Of a DNA stretch of 64,000 bases, positions 27,543 through 37,371 are shown in pieces. The position numbers were made by a program, and so were the translations under genes. The stretch covers positions 70,597 to 134,596 of the forward strand of contig CAYXSW010000001.1 of the NCBI GenBank assembly GCA_964467915.1, given 5' to 3'. The notes beneath the pieces were generated by a model that did not search any database, was not told the origin of the DNA, and worked only from the letters and a program-made list of their open reading frames with translations. This DNA comes from an uncultured Marinoscillum sp. Its GTDB lineage: Bacteria; Bacteroidota; Bacteroidia; Cytophagales; MED-G16. Position 1 is the stretch's first letter. Each line of letters begins with the position of its first letter.

Positions 27543-28537
27543 ACAATCGTGTTCTCCTCTATTGAGCTAAACTTCCGTGAGATTTCATTTAAGACTTCTA
27601 ACGAATAATCTAAAGATTCACTAAGTATTAGTTTCATCCTATACTCTTTAAAATTTTCAATTGCTCTAAAGTAATTAGTATAGTGCCTTCTCATTTCTAT
27701 CAGACCTAGCTTTTCACCTTTCCATTTAATAGAAAACTCGAGGTGTTTCTTTACAACATTAATTCTCTCGTTTATATCTGGTTTGCTTAAAAATTTCCCT
27801 TCATGAAGATAAGATTTTATTTGATTAAAAATCCACGGGTTTCCTATTGCGGCTCTTCCTATCATGATTCCGTCAACACCATATTTTTCTTTATATTTCT
27901 TTGCTTTATCTGGAGAGTCTACATCTCCATTTCCAAAAATTGGGATTATGATGTTAGGATCGTTTTTTACCCTAGCTATATAATCCCAGTTTGCGGGTCC
28001 CTTATACATTTGTTTTCTTGTTCTTCCGTGAATTGTAAGAGCTTGAATCCCGACATCTTGTAACCTCTTGGCAACCTCTACAATTTTAATTGAGTTATCG
28101 TCCCACCCAAGTCTAGTTTTTACTGTAACGGGAATGTCTACTTGCTTTACAATTTCTTCTGTCATCTTTTGCATTTTATCAAGATCCAAAAGTATTCCTG
28201 CACCAGCACCCTTACAGGCAACTTTTTTGACAGGACACCCATAATTTATGTCTAGAATTTCAGGTTTAGCTTCTTCAGAAATTGAAGCTGCTTTTTTCAT
28301 AGACTCTATATTGTCTCCAAATATTTGAATTCCTATTGGCCTCTCGGAATCATATATGTCAAGTTTTTGAACACTTTTTTCAGCATCTCTTATTAGCCCC
28401 TCAGAGGATATAAACTCTGTATACATCAAGTCAGCACCATTTACTTTGCAAACAGATCTAAACGGAGGATCACTAACGTCTTCCATGGGTGCCAGGAGTA
28501 AAGGAAAATCACCTAATTCAATATTGCCTATCTTCAT
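27539..28537 (-). CDS. dusB: tRNA-dihydrouridine synthase
   Basis: LLAPMEDVSDPPFR, DINYGCPVKKV, VTVKTRLGW and LTIHGRTR motifs. Start placed at the internal ATG (MKIGNIELG...); the track's longer ORF starts at a GTG at 28570. Confidence 0.9.
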   Translation of the reverse strand: MKIGNIELGDFPLLLAPMEDVSDPPFRSVCKVNGADLMYTEFISSEGLIRDAEKSVQKLDIYDSERPIGIQIFGDNIESMKKAASISEEAKPEILDINYGCPVKKVACKGAGAGILLDLDKMQKMTEEIVKQVDIPVTVKTRLGWDDNSIKIVEVAKRLQDVGIQALTIHGRTRKQMYKGPANWDYIARVKNDPNIIIPIFGNGDVDSPDKAKKYKEKYGVDGIMIGRAAIGNPWIFNQIKSYLHEGKFLSKPDINERINVVKKHLEFSIKWKGEKLGLIEMRRHYTNYFRAIENFKEYRMKLILSESLDYSLEVLNEISRKFSSIEENTIV

Positions 28538-28584
28538 AAAAAGAAGTATTTTAACCTTAAAATATTTCACAAAGAAAAAAATAA

Positions 28585-29427
28585 ATGAGCAAACACTTAC
28601 AAGAATTAATAGTTATTATTTTATCTGTTTCTCCTTTACTTCTTATGAGCATAATATCTAATGTAATAGAAACACCTACGGACATGTCATACGAAGGGAT
28701 TGACAGAAAAATGCTAATGATATCAAATTCCGTTTTTTTATTATTGTTTCTTGTCCCATATTTTGTGATAAGAAATAATACAAATTATGATTTGGGAATG
28801 AAAAAAGTTAGAGTTTACCCTTTAGCTCTTGTAATATCATCAACCATTTTTTTTATAATTATAAACTCACCGATAATAGAGCTAAATAAAGCACTTAATT
28901 TTCCTGATTTTTTATCTTCTTTTGAAGTGTGGGCACAAGCTAAAGAAAAACAACTTGAAGCTGTAACTATTCACTTAGTTTCTTTTGAAAATAAGTTAGA
29001 ATATTTAATAGGAGTCCTAACTATAGCGGTCATTCCTGGATTTTGTGAAGAATATTTTTTTAGAGGGGTATTGCAAAAAAACCTAAGTTTACTAATAAAA
29101 AATCATCATGTAGCAATAATTATTAGTGCTTTTATTTTTAGCGCTTTTCACTTACAATTTTACGGATTTTTTCCAAGATTATTGTTGGGAGTTTTGTTTG
29201 GCTATTTTTATTATTGGTCAGGAAGTTTAACCTACTCTATTATTGCCCATACCCTAAATAATTTTTTTGGATTAACATTTTTTTATATTGCGAGCAAAGG
29301 AGTATTTGGTGAAAACATTGAATTATCAGTAAATTCATCTCCAGACATACCTCTTGTTATCATAGCCGGTGCTTTTATTGTGTTTTGTTATCTTATTTTC
29401 CTTCTTAAAAAAATATTAAAAAATTAG
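28585..29427 (+). CDS. CPBP-family (CAAX-type) intramembrane metalloprotease
   Basis: EEYFFRG, FSAFH and HTLNN motifs in a polytopic membrane protein. Confidence 0.8.
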   Translation: MSKHLQELIVIILSVSPLLLMSIISNVIETPTDMSYEGIDRKMLMISNSVFLLLFLVPYFVIRNNTNYDLGMKKVRVYPLALVISSTIFFIIINSPIIELNKALNFPDFLSSFEVWAQAKEKQLEAVTIHLVSFENKLEYLIGVLTIAVIPGFCEEYFFRGVLQKNLSLLIKNHHVAIIISAFIFSAFHLQFYGFFPRLLLGVLFGYFYYWSGSLTYSIIAHTLNNFFGLTFFYIASKGVFGENIELSVNSSPDIPLVIIAGAFIVFCYLIFLLKKILKN

Positions 29428-29428
29428 A

Positions 29429-30253
29429 ATGAATAGAAAAAATTTAAAAAACAGAGTTATAACAGGAATGATTGGAGGATTTCTTTTGCTTTCTTCAACT
29501 TTAAATGAGTGGTCTTATCTTATTGTTTTTGTAATAATTATTTTTTTATCTTCCCGGGAATATTTTAAGATTTTATCTGAAAACGGTTTTACTCCTAACT
29601 ATAATTTGGGAGTCTTTTTATCTGTCATTATTTTTATTTCATCTTTTCTTTATGCCAGTAAAGCCAGCCTCATTGGCATTCATTTTGTCTTAATTCCTAT
29701 TCTGCCATTGGTTTGTCTTTCTGCACTCTATAGCTCAAATAATAAAGAAACCATATCAAATGTTTCTGTTACGTTTTTTGGAATTTTATATATATCATTA
29801 TCTATTTCTCTACTAAACTTTATTGTATTTAATGATTATGTATACAATTCTGTTTTTTTAATTGCTACTCTTTTGTTTTTATGGACTAGTGAGTCTGCCG
29901 CATATTTAGGGGGAACATTATTTGGTAGAAAAAAGCTTTTTGAATCAGTTTCACCTATGAAAACCTGGGAAGGTGTTTTGTTTGGTTTGTTAGCTAATAT
30001 TGTTTTAGCTTATTTTATTTGGAAATATTTACTAATAAAAACTTTTTTCTTTTGGTTAGGCTTCTCTCTTATTGTCTTAATTTCAGGAATTTTTGGAGAC
30101 TTGTTTGAGTCATTATTGAAAAGAAATTTTAACATGAAAGATAGCGGAAACAAACTGCCTGGACATGGTGGTTTTTTGGATAGGTTTGATAGTTTCTTTT
30201 TTGTAATACCTTATGTTTATTTTTACCTTAAAATTATAAATCAGCTAGCTTAA
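29429..30253 (+). CDS. cdsA: Phosphatidate cytidylyltransferase
   Basis: Polytopic protein with the C-terminal signature SLLKRNFNMKDSGNKLPGHGGFLDRFDS. Confidence 0.85.
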   Translation: MNRKNLKNRVITGMIGGFLLLSSTLNEWSYLIVFVIIIFLSSREYFKILSENGFTPNYNLGVFLSVIIFISSFLYASKASLIGIHFVLIPILPLVCLSALYSSNNKETISNVSVTFFGILYISLSISLLNFIVFNDYVYNSVFLIATLLFLWTSESAAYLGGTLFGRKKLFESVSPMKTWEGVLFGLLANIVLAYFIWKYLLIKTFFFWLGFSLIVLISGIFGDLFESLLKRNFNMKDSGNKLPGHGGFLDRFDSFFFVIPYVYFYLKIINQLA

Positions 30254-30290
30254 AAATTGTACATTTACATAATAAAACCCAAAACAAGAT

Positions 30291-31595
30291 ATGAGTTATA
30301 AAGAACCAGCTCCTATCATGCACGATAAAGATCCTCTTGAATCAATGATGAAGAGGTTCCATATAGCCGCTGAATATTTAAATCTTGACGAAGAAGTTTA
30401 TAATGTCTTAAAGTCCTCTGTTAAAAAAATCATAGTATCCTTGCCTATTTCTATGGATGACGGTACAATTAAAGTGTTTGAGGGTTATAGAGTTATTCAT
30501 TCTAATATTTTGGGACCCTCTAAGGGAGGATTAAGATATGATCCGGGGGTTGATTTAAATGAAGTAACCGCGTTAGCGGCTTGGATGACCTGGAAGTGTG
30601 CTGTTGTAGATATTCCTTATGGGGGAGCAAAAGGGGGAGTTTGTTGTAACCCAAGAAAAATGAGTAAATCAGAATTAGAGAGGTTAACTAGGGCTTATAC
30701 TCAAGCGATGCATGATGTGTTTGGTCCAGATAAAGATATTCCAGCTCCTGATGTTGGTACAGGACCTGACCAAATGGCTTGGTTGATGGATGAATATTCC
30801 AGGGCAAGGGGTACTACTGTTAATGCCGTGGTAACAGGAAAGCCTATTATTTTAGGTGGGTCAGTTGGGAGAATAGAGGCAACAGGAAGAGGAGTAATGG
30901 TAGCAACACTAGCAGCTTTAACAAAAATTAAAATTAACCCATTCAGTGCCACTGTTGCAGTGCAGGGATTTGGAAATGTAGGCTCATGGGCGGCACACCT
31001 TTTAAAAGAAAGAGGATCTAAGGTGGTGGCCATATCAGATATTTCTGGGGGATACTTTAATGAGAAAGGAATAGATGTGGGCAGAGCTATAAAGTTTAGA
31101 AACGAAAATAAGGGGTCTCTTGAAAACTTTGATGGCGGAAAGAAAATTTCAAACGAAGAGTTATTATCTCTAGATGTTGATGTTTTGATTCCGGCAGCAT
31201 TAGAAAATGCTATTACTGAAAAAAACGCAGATAAAATTAGGGCAAAGTTAATTGTAGAGGGGGCTAACGGGCCAACATCTCATGAAGCAGATTCAATTTT
31301 AGATAAGAAAGGAATTATTGCTGTTCCGGATATATTAGCTAATGCTGGAGGCGTTATTGTTTCTTATTTTGAATGGGTCCAGAACAGACTTGGGTTTAAA
31401 TGGACTAAAAACAGAGTATACAGGAGAAGTGATTCAATAATTAAACAAGCTTTTAATAATGTGTTTTCAATATCTAAAAAATATAAAATTTCTTTAAGAA
31501 CAGCGGCTTACATTGCAGCTATAGACAAAGTTTCAAGAACATACAAGTACAGAGACGGCTCTTTTACTTTTCAAAAAAATGATAAAGATTCATAA
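30291..31595 (+). CDS. gdhA: Glutamate dehydrogenase (Glu/Leu/Phe/Val dehydrogenase family)
   Basis: GPSKGGLRY, PYGGAKGGV and the Rossmann motif VQGFGNVGS. Confidence 0.9.
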   Translation: MSYKEPAPIMHDKDPLESMMKRFHIAAEYLNLDEEVYNVLKSSVKKIIVSLPISMDDGTIKVFEGYRVIHSNILGPSKGGLRYDPGVDLNEVTALAAWMTWKCAVVDIPYGGAKGGVCCNPRKMSKSELERLTRAYTQAMHDVFGPDKDIPAPDVGTGPDQMAWLMDEYSRARGTTVNAVVTGKPIILGGSVGRIEATGRGVMVATLAALTKIKINPFSATVAVQGFGNVGSWAAHLLKERGSKVVAISDISGGYFNEKGIDVGRAIKFRNENKGSLENFDGGKKISNEELLSLDVDVLIPAALENAITEKNADKIRAKLIVEGANGPTSHEADSILDKKGIIAVPDILANAGGVIVSYFEWVQNRLGFKWTKNRVYRRSDSIIKQAFNNVFSISKKYKISLRTAAYIAAIDKVSRTYKYRDGSFTFQKNDKDS

Positions 31596-32238
31596 GGAGG
31601 GTTGGAGTTTTTTGACAAAACTATTCACTTTTCTTCTGGTAGTGAATGTTGTTTTATTTTATTTGTATAGTTTATCTTTTTATTTACTATTGATTTCATG
31701 TGCTGCTTCACTGCTAATTTTTCTTTTTTTTCTTCAATTTTTTAGAAACCCCAAAATAATTAAAACCATTGATGAAAAATCTGTTATTTCTCCTGCAAAT
31801 GGTGAAGTGGTACATATTGGTGAAACCTTTGAAGGGGAGTATTATAAAGATAAAAGACTTCTAATTTCAATTTTCATGTCTCCCTTTGATGTACATATTA
31901 ATAGAAACCCTATTTCTGGGGAAGTTAAATATTATCAATATCATAAAGGAAAATATCTTGTAGCCTGGCACCCTAAGTCTAGCACTAAAAACGAAAGAAC
32001 CACTACTGTTATAGCTAACAATAAAATTTCAATTTTAGTTAGACAAATTGCAGGGTTAGTTGCGAGAAGGATAATAAATTATTCTGTTGTTGGTAAAAAA
32101 GTTAGTCAATCAAATCAATTGGGGTTTATTAAGTTTGGATCTAGGGCAGATATTTTTTTACCTGTAGACTTTAAGCTGGATGTTAAACTAAAACAAAAAA
32201 CTAAAGCAGGAGTTACAGTGTTAGGAAAATTTAACTAA
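31579..32238 (+). CDS. psd: Phosphatidylserine decarboxylase (short membrane-anchored type)
   Basis: N-terminal TM helices. HINRNPISG and the self-cleavage-site-like FGSRADIFLP. Confidence 0.85.
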   Translation: MIKIHKEGWSFLTKLFTFLLVVNVVLFYLYSLSFYLLLISCAASLLIFLFFLQFFRNPKIIKTIDEKSVISPANGEVVHIGETFEGEYYKDKRLLISIFMSPFDVHINRNPISGEVKYYQYHKGKYLVAWHPKSSTKNERTTTVIANNKISILVRQIAGLVARRIINYSVVGKKVSQSNQLGFIKFGSRADIFLPVDFKLDVKLKQKTKAGVTVLGKFN

Positions 32239-32712
32239 ACAGGTTTTAATAGTAGATATTATTTTTTCTAAATACTTTTTATCAGTTTTGTTGAAGGTGT
32301 TTAACTTATCGCTGTCTATATCTAGAACACCCAAAACCTTATCATTATTAACAATTGGAACAACAATTTCGGATTTTGATAAAGAACTGCAGGCTATATG
32401 TCCCGGAAATTTTTCTACGTCTGGTACAAGAATTGTTTTTTTCTCTTTCCATGAAGCACCACACACCCCTTCACCTTTTTTTATTCTAAAACAAGCGACA
32501 GGACCTTGAAAGGGACCAAGTACAAGTTCATTGTCTTCAACCAAATAAAAACCAACCCATAGCCAATTAAATGTTTGAGATATTGCAGCGGCAACATTTG
32601 ACAGAATAGCTGTAGTATTTTTCTCGCCTCTAATTAAAGATCGTATTTGTCCCTCAAGACTAATATATTTTTTTTCTATATCACTTTCTTTTGGAGTATT
32701 AAAATCACGCAT
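32221..32712 (-). CDS. GAF-domain protein of the free methionine-(R)-sulfoxide reductase (YebR/fRMsr) type
   Basis: WVGFYLV...LVLGPFQG..AC..I..GEGVCG...PDV..FPGHIACSS.SKSEIVVP pattern. Start placed at the internal ATG 32712 (MRDFNTPKE...), which avoids a 50-nt overlap with ribD. Confidence 0.7.
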   Translation of the reverse strand: MRDFNTPKESDIEKKYISLEGQIRSLIRGEKNTTAILSNVAAAISQTFNWLWVGFYLVEDNELVLGPFQGPVACFRIKKGEGVCGASWKEKKTILVPDVEKFPGHIACSSLSKSEIVVPIVNNDKVLGVLDIDSDKLNTFNKTDKKYLEKIISTIKTCLVKFS

Positions 32713-33727
32713 ATTTTTTAACTTTAAAAAGTATATCAGAGCCAATTTTTTCAAATGGTTTTTTTCTTATACCTGGGCCCTTGATTCCTTTAACAAATTT
32801 AATTTTAGATTTAAATATTCTTGCCTCATCCCAAAGACCTTTTTCTATAATTTTATTTAAAGTAATTCCGCCCCCTTCAACTAATAAACTATTAATTCCT
32901 CTTTTGTATAAATCTTCATATATATCCTCTAATTTAAATGGGTGTATTTTTATAAAGTGTTTATGTCCAGTTGTTTTGTTTGATGTTTTATTATAAATCA
33001 AAGAAATTGATTTATCATTCAATAGATTAGTGGTCTCCAATAATTTGTTGTTTGGATCAATCACAACCCTTACCGGGTTTCTTCCTTTCCATAGCCTTAC
33101 ATTTAGAAGCGGATTGTCTTTATTTGCAGTGTTAACTCCAATTAGAATCCCCGTCTCCTCAGACCTCCATTTGTGTACTAAAGCTCTAGATAATTTGTTA
33201 GATATCCATTTTGAACTACCATCTTCTCTTGCAATAAAGCCATCAGATGTTTCAGCCCATTTTAAAACGACATAAGGCCTGTTTTTATAATGGTTGATAA
33301 AAAACCTTTTATTTAGGGTTTTCCCTTCTTCTTCTAATATCCCAGAAACAACTTTTATGTTGTTTTTTTTTAATTTTTTTATTCCCTTACCATTAACATC
33401 AGGGTTAGGATCAATATTTGAAATAATAACTTCTTTTGGTTTATATTCAATCAATTTATCAGAGCATGGAGGAGTTTTACCAAAATGACTGCAAGGTTCT
33501 AAGCTTACATATACCGAAGCTCCTTCAATTTCTTTTTTGTTATGAACGTCATTTATTGCATTTATTTCTGCATGATTCCCTCCAAATTTTTTATGGTAAC
33601 CTTCTCCAATTATCTTATTTTCTTTAACAATAACACACCCAACCATTGGATTTGGAAAGACATAGCCCAACCCCTTTTTTGCAAGATAAAAGGATCTTCT
33701 AATGAATTTCTTGTGTTTATTTTCCAT
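32705..33727 (-). CDS. ribD: Bifunctional riboflavin biosynthesis deaminase/reductase RibD
   Basis: CMP/dCMP deaminase zinc motif HAEINA...LEPCSHFGKTPPC followed by a RibD C-terminal reductase domain. Confidence 0.9.
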   Translation of the reverse strand: MENKHKKFIRRSFYLAKKGLGYVFPNPMVGCVIVKENKIIGEGYHKKFGGNHAEINAINDVHNKKEIEGASVYVSLEPCSHFGKTPPCSDKLIEYKPKEVIISNIDPNPDVNGKGIKKLKKNNIKVVSGILEEEGKTLNKRFFINHYKNRPYVVLKWAETSDGFIAREDGSSKWISNKLSRALVHKWRSEETGILIGVNTANKDNPLLNVRLWKGRNPVRVVIDPNNKLLETTNLLNDKSISLIYNKTSNKTTGHKHFIKIHPFKLEDIYEDLYKRGINSLLVEGGGITLNKIIEKGLWDEARIFKSKIKFVKGIKGPGIRKKPFEKIGSDILFKVKKYA

Positions 33728-33737
33728 ATTTATATCT

Positions 33738-34574
33738 ATGCCTGATATAGAATCAAATTCAATTTATAATGAATTACTTAACAAAGTAAATTATTATTCT
33801 GGTAATGATCTAAAAAATATTTCTTTAAAATATCTATATCAAAAATATAATTTATCTAATTCTGACCTATTACTTAACAAAAAGATTAAATGGAACAAAA
33901 AAGTCAAAATATCATTTTATGAAGACATTGAAAAAATAAATGGAGGAATACCTGTTCAGTATATAGCAAAATCTCAGTTTTTTTATGATCAGAATTTTTA
34001 TATTGATGAAAATGTTTTAATACCTCGTCCTGAAACTGAAGAATTGGTAAGTCATATTATAAGTTTAGAAAAAAGTAGTAAGAAAAAAAATATTTTAGAT
34101 ATAGGCACAGGTTCTGGTTGTATTGCTATATCGTTATATAAACATTTAGAAGCTGACGTTTTTGGTATTGACTCATCTAAAGAAGCAATTAGGGTAGCAA
34201 ATAAAAACAATAAAATAATTCATAAAAAAGTGAACTTTATCCACTCAAGCATTGAAGAGTATATTCCAGAAGTAAACTTTGACGTTATTGTTAGCAATCC
34301 CCCTTATATTTCTTTTGATGACAAAAAAAAGGTTGATGAAAATGTTTTAAAACATGAACCTCATGAAGCTCTTTTTGTAGGTAAGGATCCTTTATATTTT
34401 TATAGAAAGATATTAGAGTTCTGTAAAAATAATTTAAACAAAAAAGCAAAGATGTATTTTGAGATTAATGATAAATATGTAAATGAATTGGGAACTCTTT
34501 TTTTAGAGTATGATCATAAATTCATGAATGATATTTACGGAAAGAAAAGGTTTTTATTTGTTGGTGTAGCTTAA
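33738..34574 (+). CDS. prmC: Release-factor glutamine N5-methyltransferase PrmC/HemK
   Basis: LIPRPETE, SAM-binding DIGTGSGCIA and catalytic NPPY. Start placed at ATG 33738 (the track start at 33702 overlaps ribD). Confidence 0.85.
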   Translation: MPDIESNSIYNELLNKVNYYSGNDLKNISLKYLYQKYNLSNSDLLLNKKIKWNKKVKISFYEDIEKINGGIPVQYIAKSQFFYDQNFYIDENVLIPRPETEELVSHIISLEKSSKKKNILDIGTGSGCIAISLYKHLEADVFGIDSSKEAIRVANKNNKIIHKKVNFIHSSIEEYIPEVNFDVIVSNPPYISFDDKKKVDENVLKHEPHEALFVGKDPLYFYRKILEFCKNNLNKKAKMYFEINDKYVNELGTLFLEYDHKFMNDIYGKKRFLFVGVA

Positions 34575-34823
34575 GGTTCCTTTACCTAGTTTAAAAATAA
34601 AAACAGATCTGTATTTATTCATATATTCTTTAATTTCTTCATTAAGTAATAACATAATATCATTATAGTCTCCGTAAATTATTGAACTTAAACCATTAGT
34701 TTCAATTAGAAGGTTTTTTTTATTAGAAATGTCCTTTAAAAACATTTTAACAATTTTTTTATAGCCTTTCTCTTTGTTTTTTTGGAGCAAAGGATACACA
34801 CTTATCTCTAAAGTTACTTTCAT
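34554..34823 (-). CDS. MTH1187/YkoF-family (thiamine-binding fold, DUF77) small protein
   Basis: 89 aa. The N-terminal MKVTLEISVYPL... and ...T.GLSSIIYGDYNDIM... pattern is characteristic of the UPF0045/MTH1187 family. It starts 1 nt after the TonB-receptor stop, so it lies in the riboswitch-controlled unit. Confidence 0.65.
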   Translation of the reverse strand: MKVTLEISVYPLLQKNKEKGYKKIVKMFLKDISNKKNLLIETNGLSSIIYGDYNDIMLLLNEEIKEYMNKYRSVFIFKLGKGTLSYTNK

Positions 34824-34824
34824 G

Positions 34825-37233
34825 TTAGATTTTAATATTAATTGTAAACATATAATTTCTTCCAGCCTGTGGGTAAAAATAATTTTCTCTTATCTCATAA
34901 TTTATCCCCCCATAATAGCCAAAGGTATAACCGTTACTAGAATACATTTTATTAAAAATATTATTTATTGAAAACTTTATGTATAAATTTTTGAAAATAT
35001 TATTATTAAAACTCGCACTTAGTTCAAGATCATTTACTAAAAACGAATCTATTAGTCTTTGATTATTAGATGTGTTGTCCAAAAACTGTTTTCCTACATA
35101 TTTAGAATTAAACGTTAAAATAAATGGTTTTTTAAACTGCCAAATCATTGAATTGTTAAATATAATGTTAGGTGAAAAAGAGATGTCAGTTTTTTTATAT
35201 TTATTAACTATGGTATTAAATTCATCGAAATCACTTCCATAATCATAAATGAATTCATTAAAATTAAACACATAATTTTTTGATAAGGTCAAAGATGAAT
35301 TAATGTTTATCTTCTGTTTGTTGACAGTGTTAGATAATTCTAACCCATACCTTCTGCTTTTTTTCACATTTGTCTTGATGTTAGCGCCAACGTCATTAAT
35401 CTCTCCTGTAGTGATAAGTTGATTATTATATTCCATCCAGAAAAAATTAATGTTTACCTGTCCTCTTTTATAATTAAAGTTGTTCCCTAATTCTAAGTCA
35501 TATAGTGTCTCATGTTTTGGAGGTGTTTTGGAATCAATAAAATCACTTCTTGTTGGCTCTCTATTTGCAATTGACAATGAAGCATACACATTTATCTTTT
35601 CATTTATATCATTTGTAATTCCAGCTTTTGGATTAAAAAACCAATTTTTAGAATCAATATTGATTTCTGTTCTGTCATTGTCTGTTCCATTACTTTGGTG
35701 TGAGTAACCCCTTATTTGTAATTCAGCAAACAGCTCTGTTTTATTTGAGATATTTACATTATACTTTGTGTAAACATTACCATCTTTTTTTGTTGATCCT
35801 GAAAAATAATATGGGCTTTGAAAAAACATATTTACTGAGTTTGATGAAATTATTTCTCCAAAGTGATCTCCGTCATATTTATTTATAGCTCCCCCTATAT
35901 TAAAAGAACTATTATTAAACTTTCTTAAAAAAGAATAAGTTACTCCATAAAAATGATTTTTAAGCCATCTTCTTCTTACCAGGTTTGTGATTTTATTTTC
36001 TTGGTTTTCATAATAATTTTTTAAATTGTCACCTTCCCTAAATTGTTCGTAATAACCTCTTCCAAAAGTATAATGAAAAGCTAAACTTAAATTTGTTTCT
36101 TTAGAAAAAGAATGATTCATGTGTGCTTGGTAGTGGTCTTGTTGATAGTTATCAGTCTCATTTTTATACGTGTAATAATTAAAAGTTCTTCCTGCACCTA
36201 ATAAATTTTCGGCTTGTGTTTCACTATATCCATTATTGTTAATTACCTGTTCCATGCCATCTATATCATTTATTAACCTTGACTCTGGCGTCCCCCACCA
36301 AGATTGATATGTTTTTTCTTTTCCTGAAAAGTTAATAAAGTCTATTGAGGTATTTTTTGAATAATAACTTGCTGAAGCATAGTAAGATTTTAGATTTGAA
36401 AATGCTCTATCAACATAACCATCAGATGTAATTTTTGAGAGTCTTAAATTAAAGTTCAATTTATTATTAATAAGCCCAGAATTAACTTCCATGGAATTTT
36501 TTATAGTGTTGAATGATCCGACAGAAGACAAGTAGTTTATTCTAAATTTTTCTGATAAATTTCCAGTCTTAATACTGACCGTTCCCCCGAAAGCTCCGCC
36601 TCCATTAGTTGATGAGCCAACTCCTCTTTGAACCTGTATACTATTAGAAGAAGAGGCAAGGTCAGGTGTGTTTACCCAGAACACACCATGTGATTCTGAA
36701 TCATTATAAGGAATTCCGTTTATAGTAATGTTTATTCTTGTGGCATCACTACCTCTAATCCTGATTCCTGTATATCCAACACCATTTCCAGCATCAGAAG
36801 TTGAGTAGGCAGAGGGTGTTGATTGAAGGATAAATGGAATGTCTTTAGCTATATTATTTTCTTCTATAAATTTTCTTGAAATATTTGTGAAGGCAAAAGG
36901 ACTCTTTTCTTTTACCCTTGTTGAGGTAACTTTAATCTCATCACTTAATAAGATACCGTCTTCGAGATTTACCTCATAATATTTGTTTTTGCTTGGGGTT
37001 ATTTGAATGTTTTTTGTTATGTAACCAACATGCGATATAGATATGTTAAAGTTTTCTGATTTTTTATTAATATAAAAATCACCCCTAGAATTAGTATAAA
37101 AAACCTCATTAGTAGAGGGAATAAATATATTTGCTCCAGGTATAATACTCCCTTCAGTATCTTTAACAACAATTTTTATAGATTCTTGAGAATACCCAGT
37201 AAAACTTAACCAAAAAAATAAAAGAATCCTCAT
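34825..37233 (-). CDS. TonB-dependent outer-membrane receptor (CarboxypepD_reg-like N-domain + plug + barrel)
   Basis: 802 aa with a signal peptide, plug motifs (DIPFILQSTPS, IRIRGSDATRINITINGIPYNDSE, VQRGVGSSTNGGGAFGG) and a C-terminal aromatic-ended barrel. No SusD partner. Confidence 0.9.
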   Translation of the reverse strand: MRILLFFWLSFTGYSQESIKIVVKDTEGSIIPGANIFIPSTNEVFYTNSRGDFYINKKSENFNISISHVGYITKNIQITPSKNKYYEVNLEDGILLSDEIKVTSTRVKEKSPFAFTNISRKFIEENNIAKDIPFILQSTPSAYSTSDAGNGVGYTGIRIRGSDATRINITINGIPYNDSESHGVFWVNTPDLASSSNSIQVQRGVGSSTNGGGAFGGTVSIKTGNLSEKFRINYLSSVGSFNTIKNSMEVNSGLINNKLNFNLRLSKITSDGYVDRAFSNLKSYYASASYYSKNTSIDFINFSGKEKTYQSWWGTPESRLINDIDGMEQVINNNGYSETQAENLLGAGRTFNYYTYKNETDNYQQDHYQAHMNHSFSKETNLSLAFHYTFGRGYYEQFREGDNLKNYYENQENKITNLVRRRWLKNHFYGVTYSFLRKFNNSSFNIGGAINKYDGDHFGEIISSNSVNMFFQSPYYFSGSTKKDGNVYTKYNVNISNKTELFAELQIRGYSHQSNGTDNDRTEINIDSKNWFFNPKAGITNDINEKINVYASLSIANREPTRSDFIDSKTPPKHETLYDLELGNNFNYKRGQVNINFFWMEYNNQLITTGEINDVGANIKTNVKKSRRYGLELSNTVNKQKININSSLTLSKNYVFNFNEFIYDYGSDFDEFNTIVNKYKKTDISFSPNIIFNNSMIWQFKKPFILTFNSKYVGKQFLDNTSNNQRLIDSFLVNDLELSASFNNNIFKNLYIKFSINNIFNKMYSSNGYTFGYYGGINYEIRENYFYPQAGRNYMFTINIKI

Positions 37234-37261
37234 GGTGAAAACATTTAAATGTACAGGACCT

Positions 37262-37365
37262 TAAAAAAGAGGAATGAAAATAACTTTCTTTTTTCTACGC
37301 CAGAATTACCTGGGTCAGTTTTAAGAGTATAATCTCAGCCCTTATATAAGGCACCCCTATGACAA
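37262..37365 (-). promoter_or_regulatory. TPP (THI-box) riboswitch, aptamer core about 37358->37295 plus putative expression platform
   Basis: The minus-strand RNA reads AGGGGUGCCUUAUAUAAGGGCUGAGAUUAUACUCUUAAAACUGACCCAGGUAAUUCUGGCGUAG. It has the conserved GGGGUGC, a P3 hairpin, CUGAGA, ACUGA, a CCAGG-UAAU-UCUGG P5 hairpin and GCGUAG, in the canonical order of the TPP aptamer (compare E. coli thiM). It lies in the only large intergenic gap, 5' of the TonB receptor. Confidence 0.85.
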
Positions 37366-37371
37366 AATTAA

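Noticed and set aside
30291-31595. The glutamate dehydrogenase gene sits between cdsA and psd and looks much more GC-rich than its neighbours (some 60-nt stretches near 50% by hand count). This suggested a horizontally inserted gene.
   Set aside because: Other highly conserved enzymes in the window (mreB, guaB, uvrA) show the same local GC rise, which is expected from amino-acid constraint in an AT-rich genome. The gene has no flanking repeats or mobility genes and overlaps psd by 17 nt, so it is integrated in the operon. Not evidence of HGT without a proper compositional or phylogenetic test.
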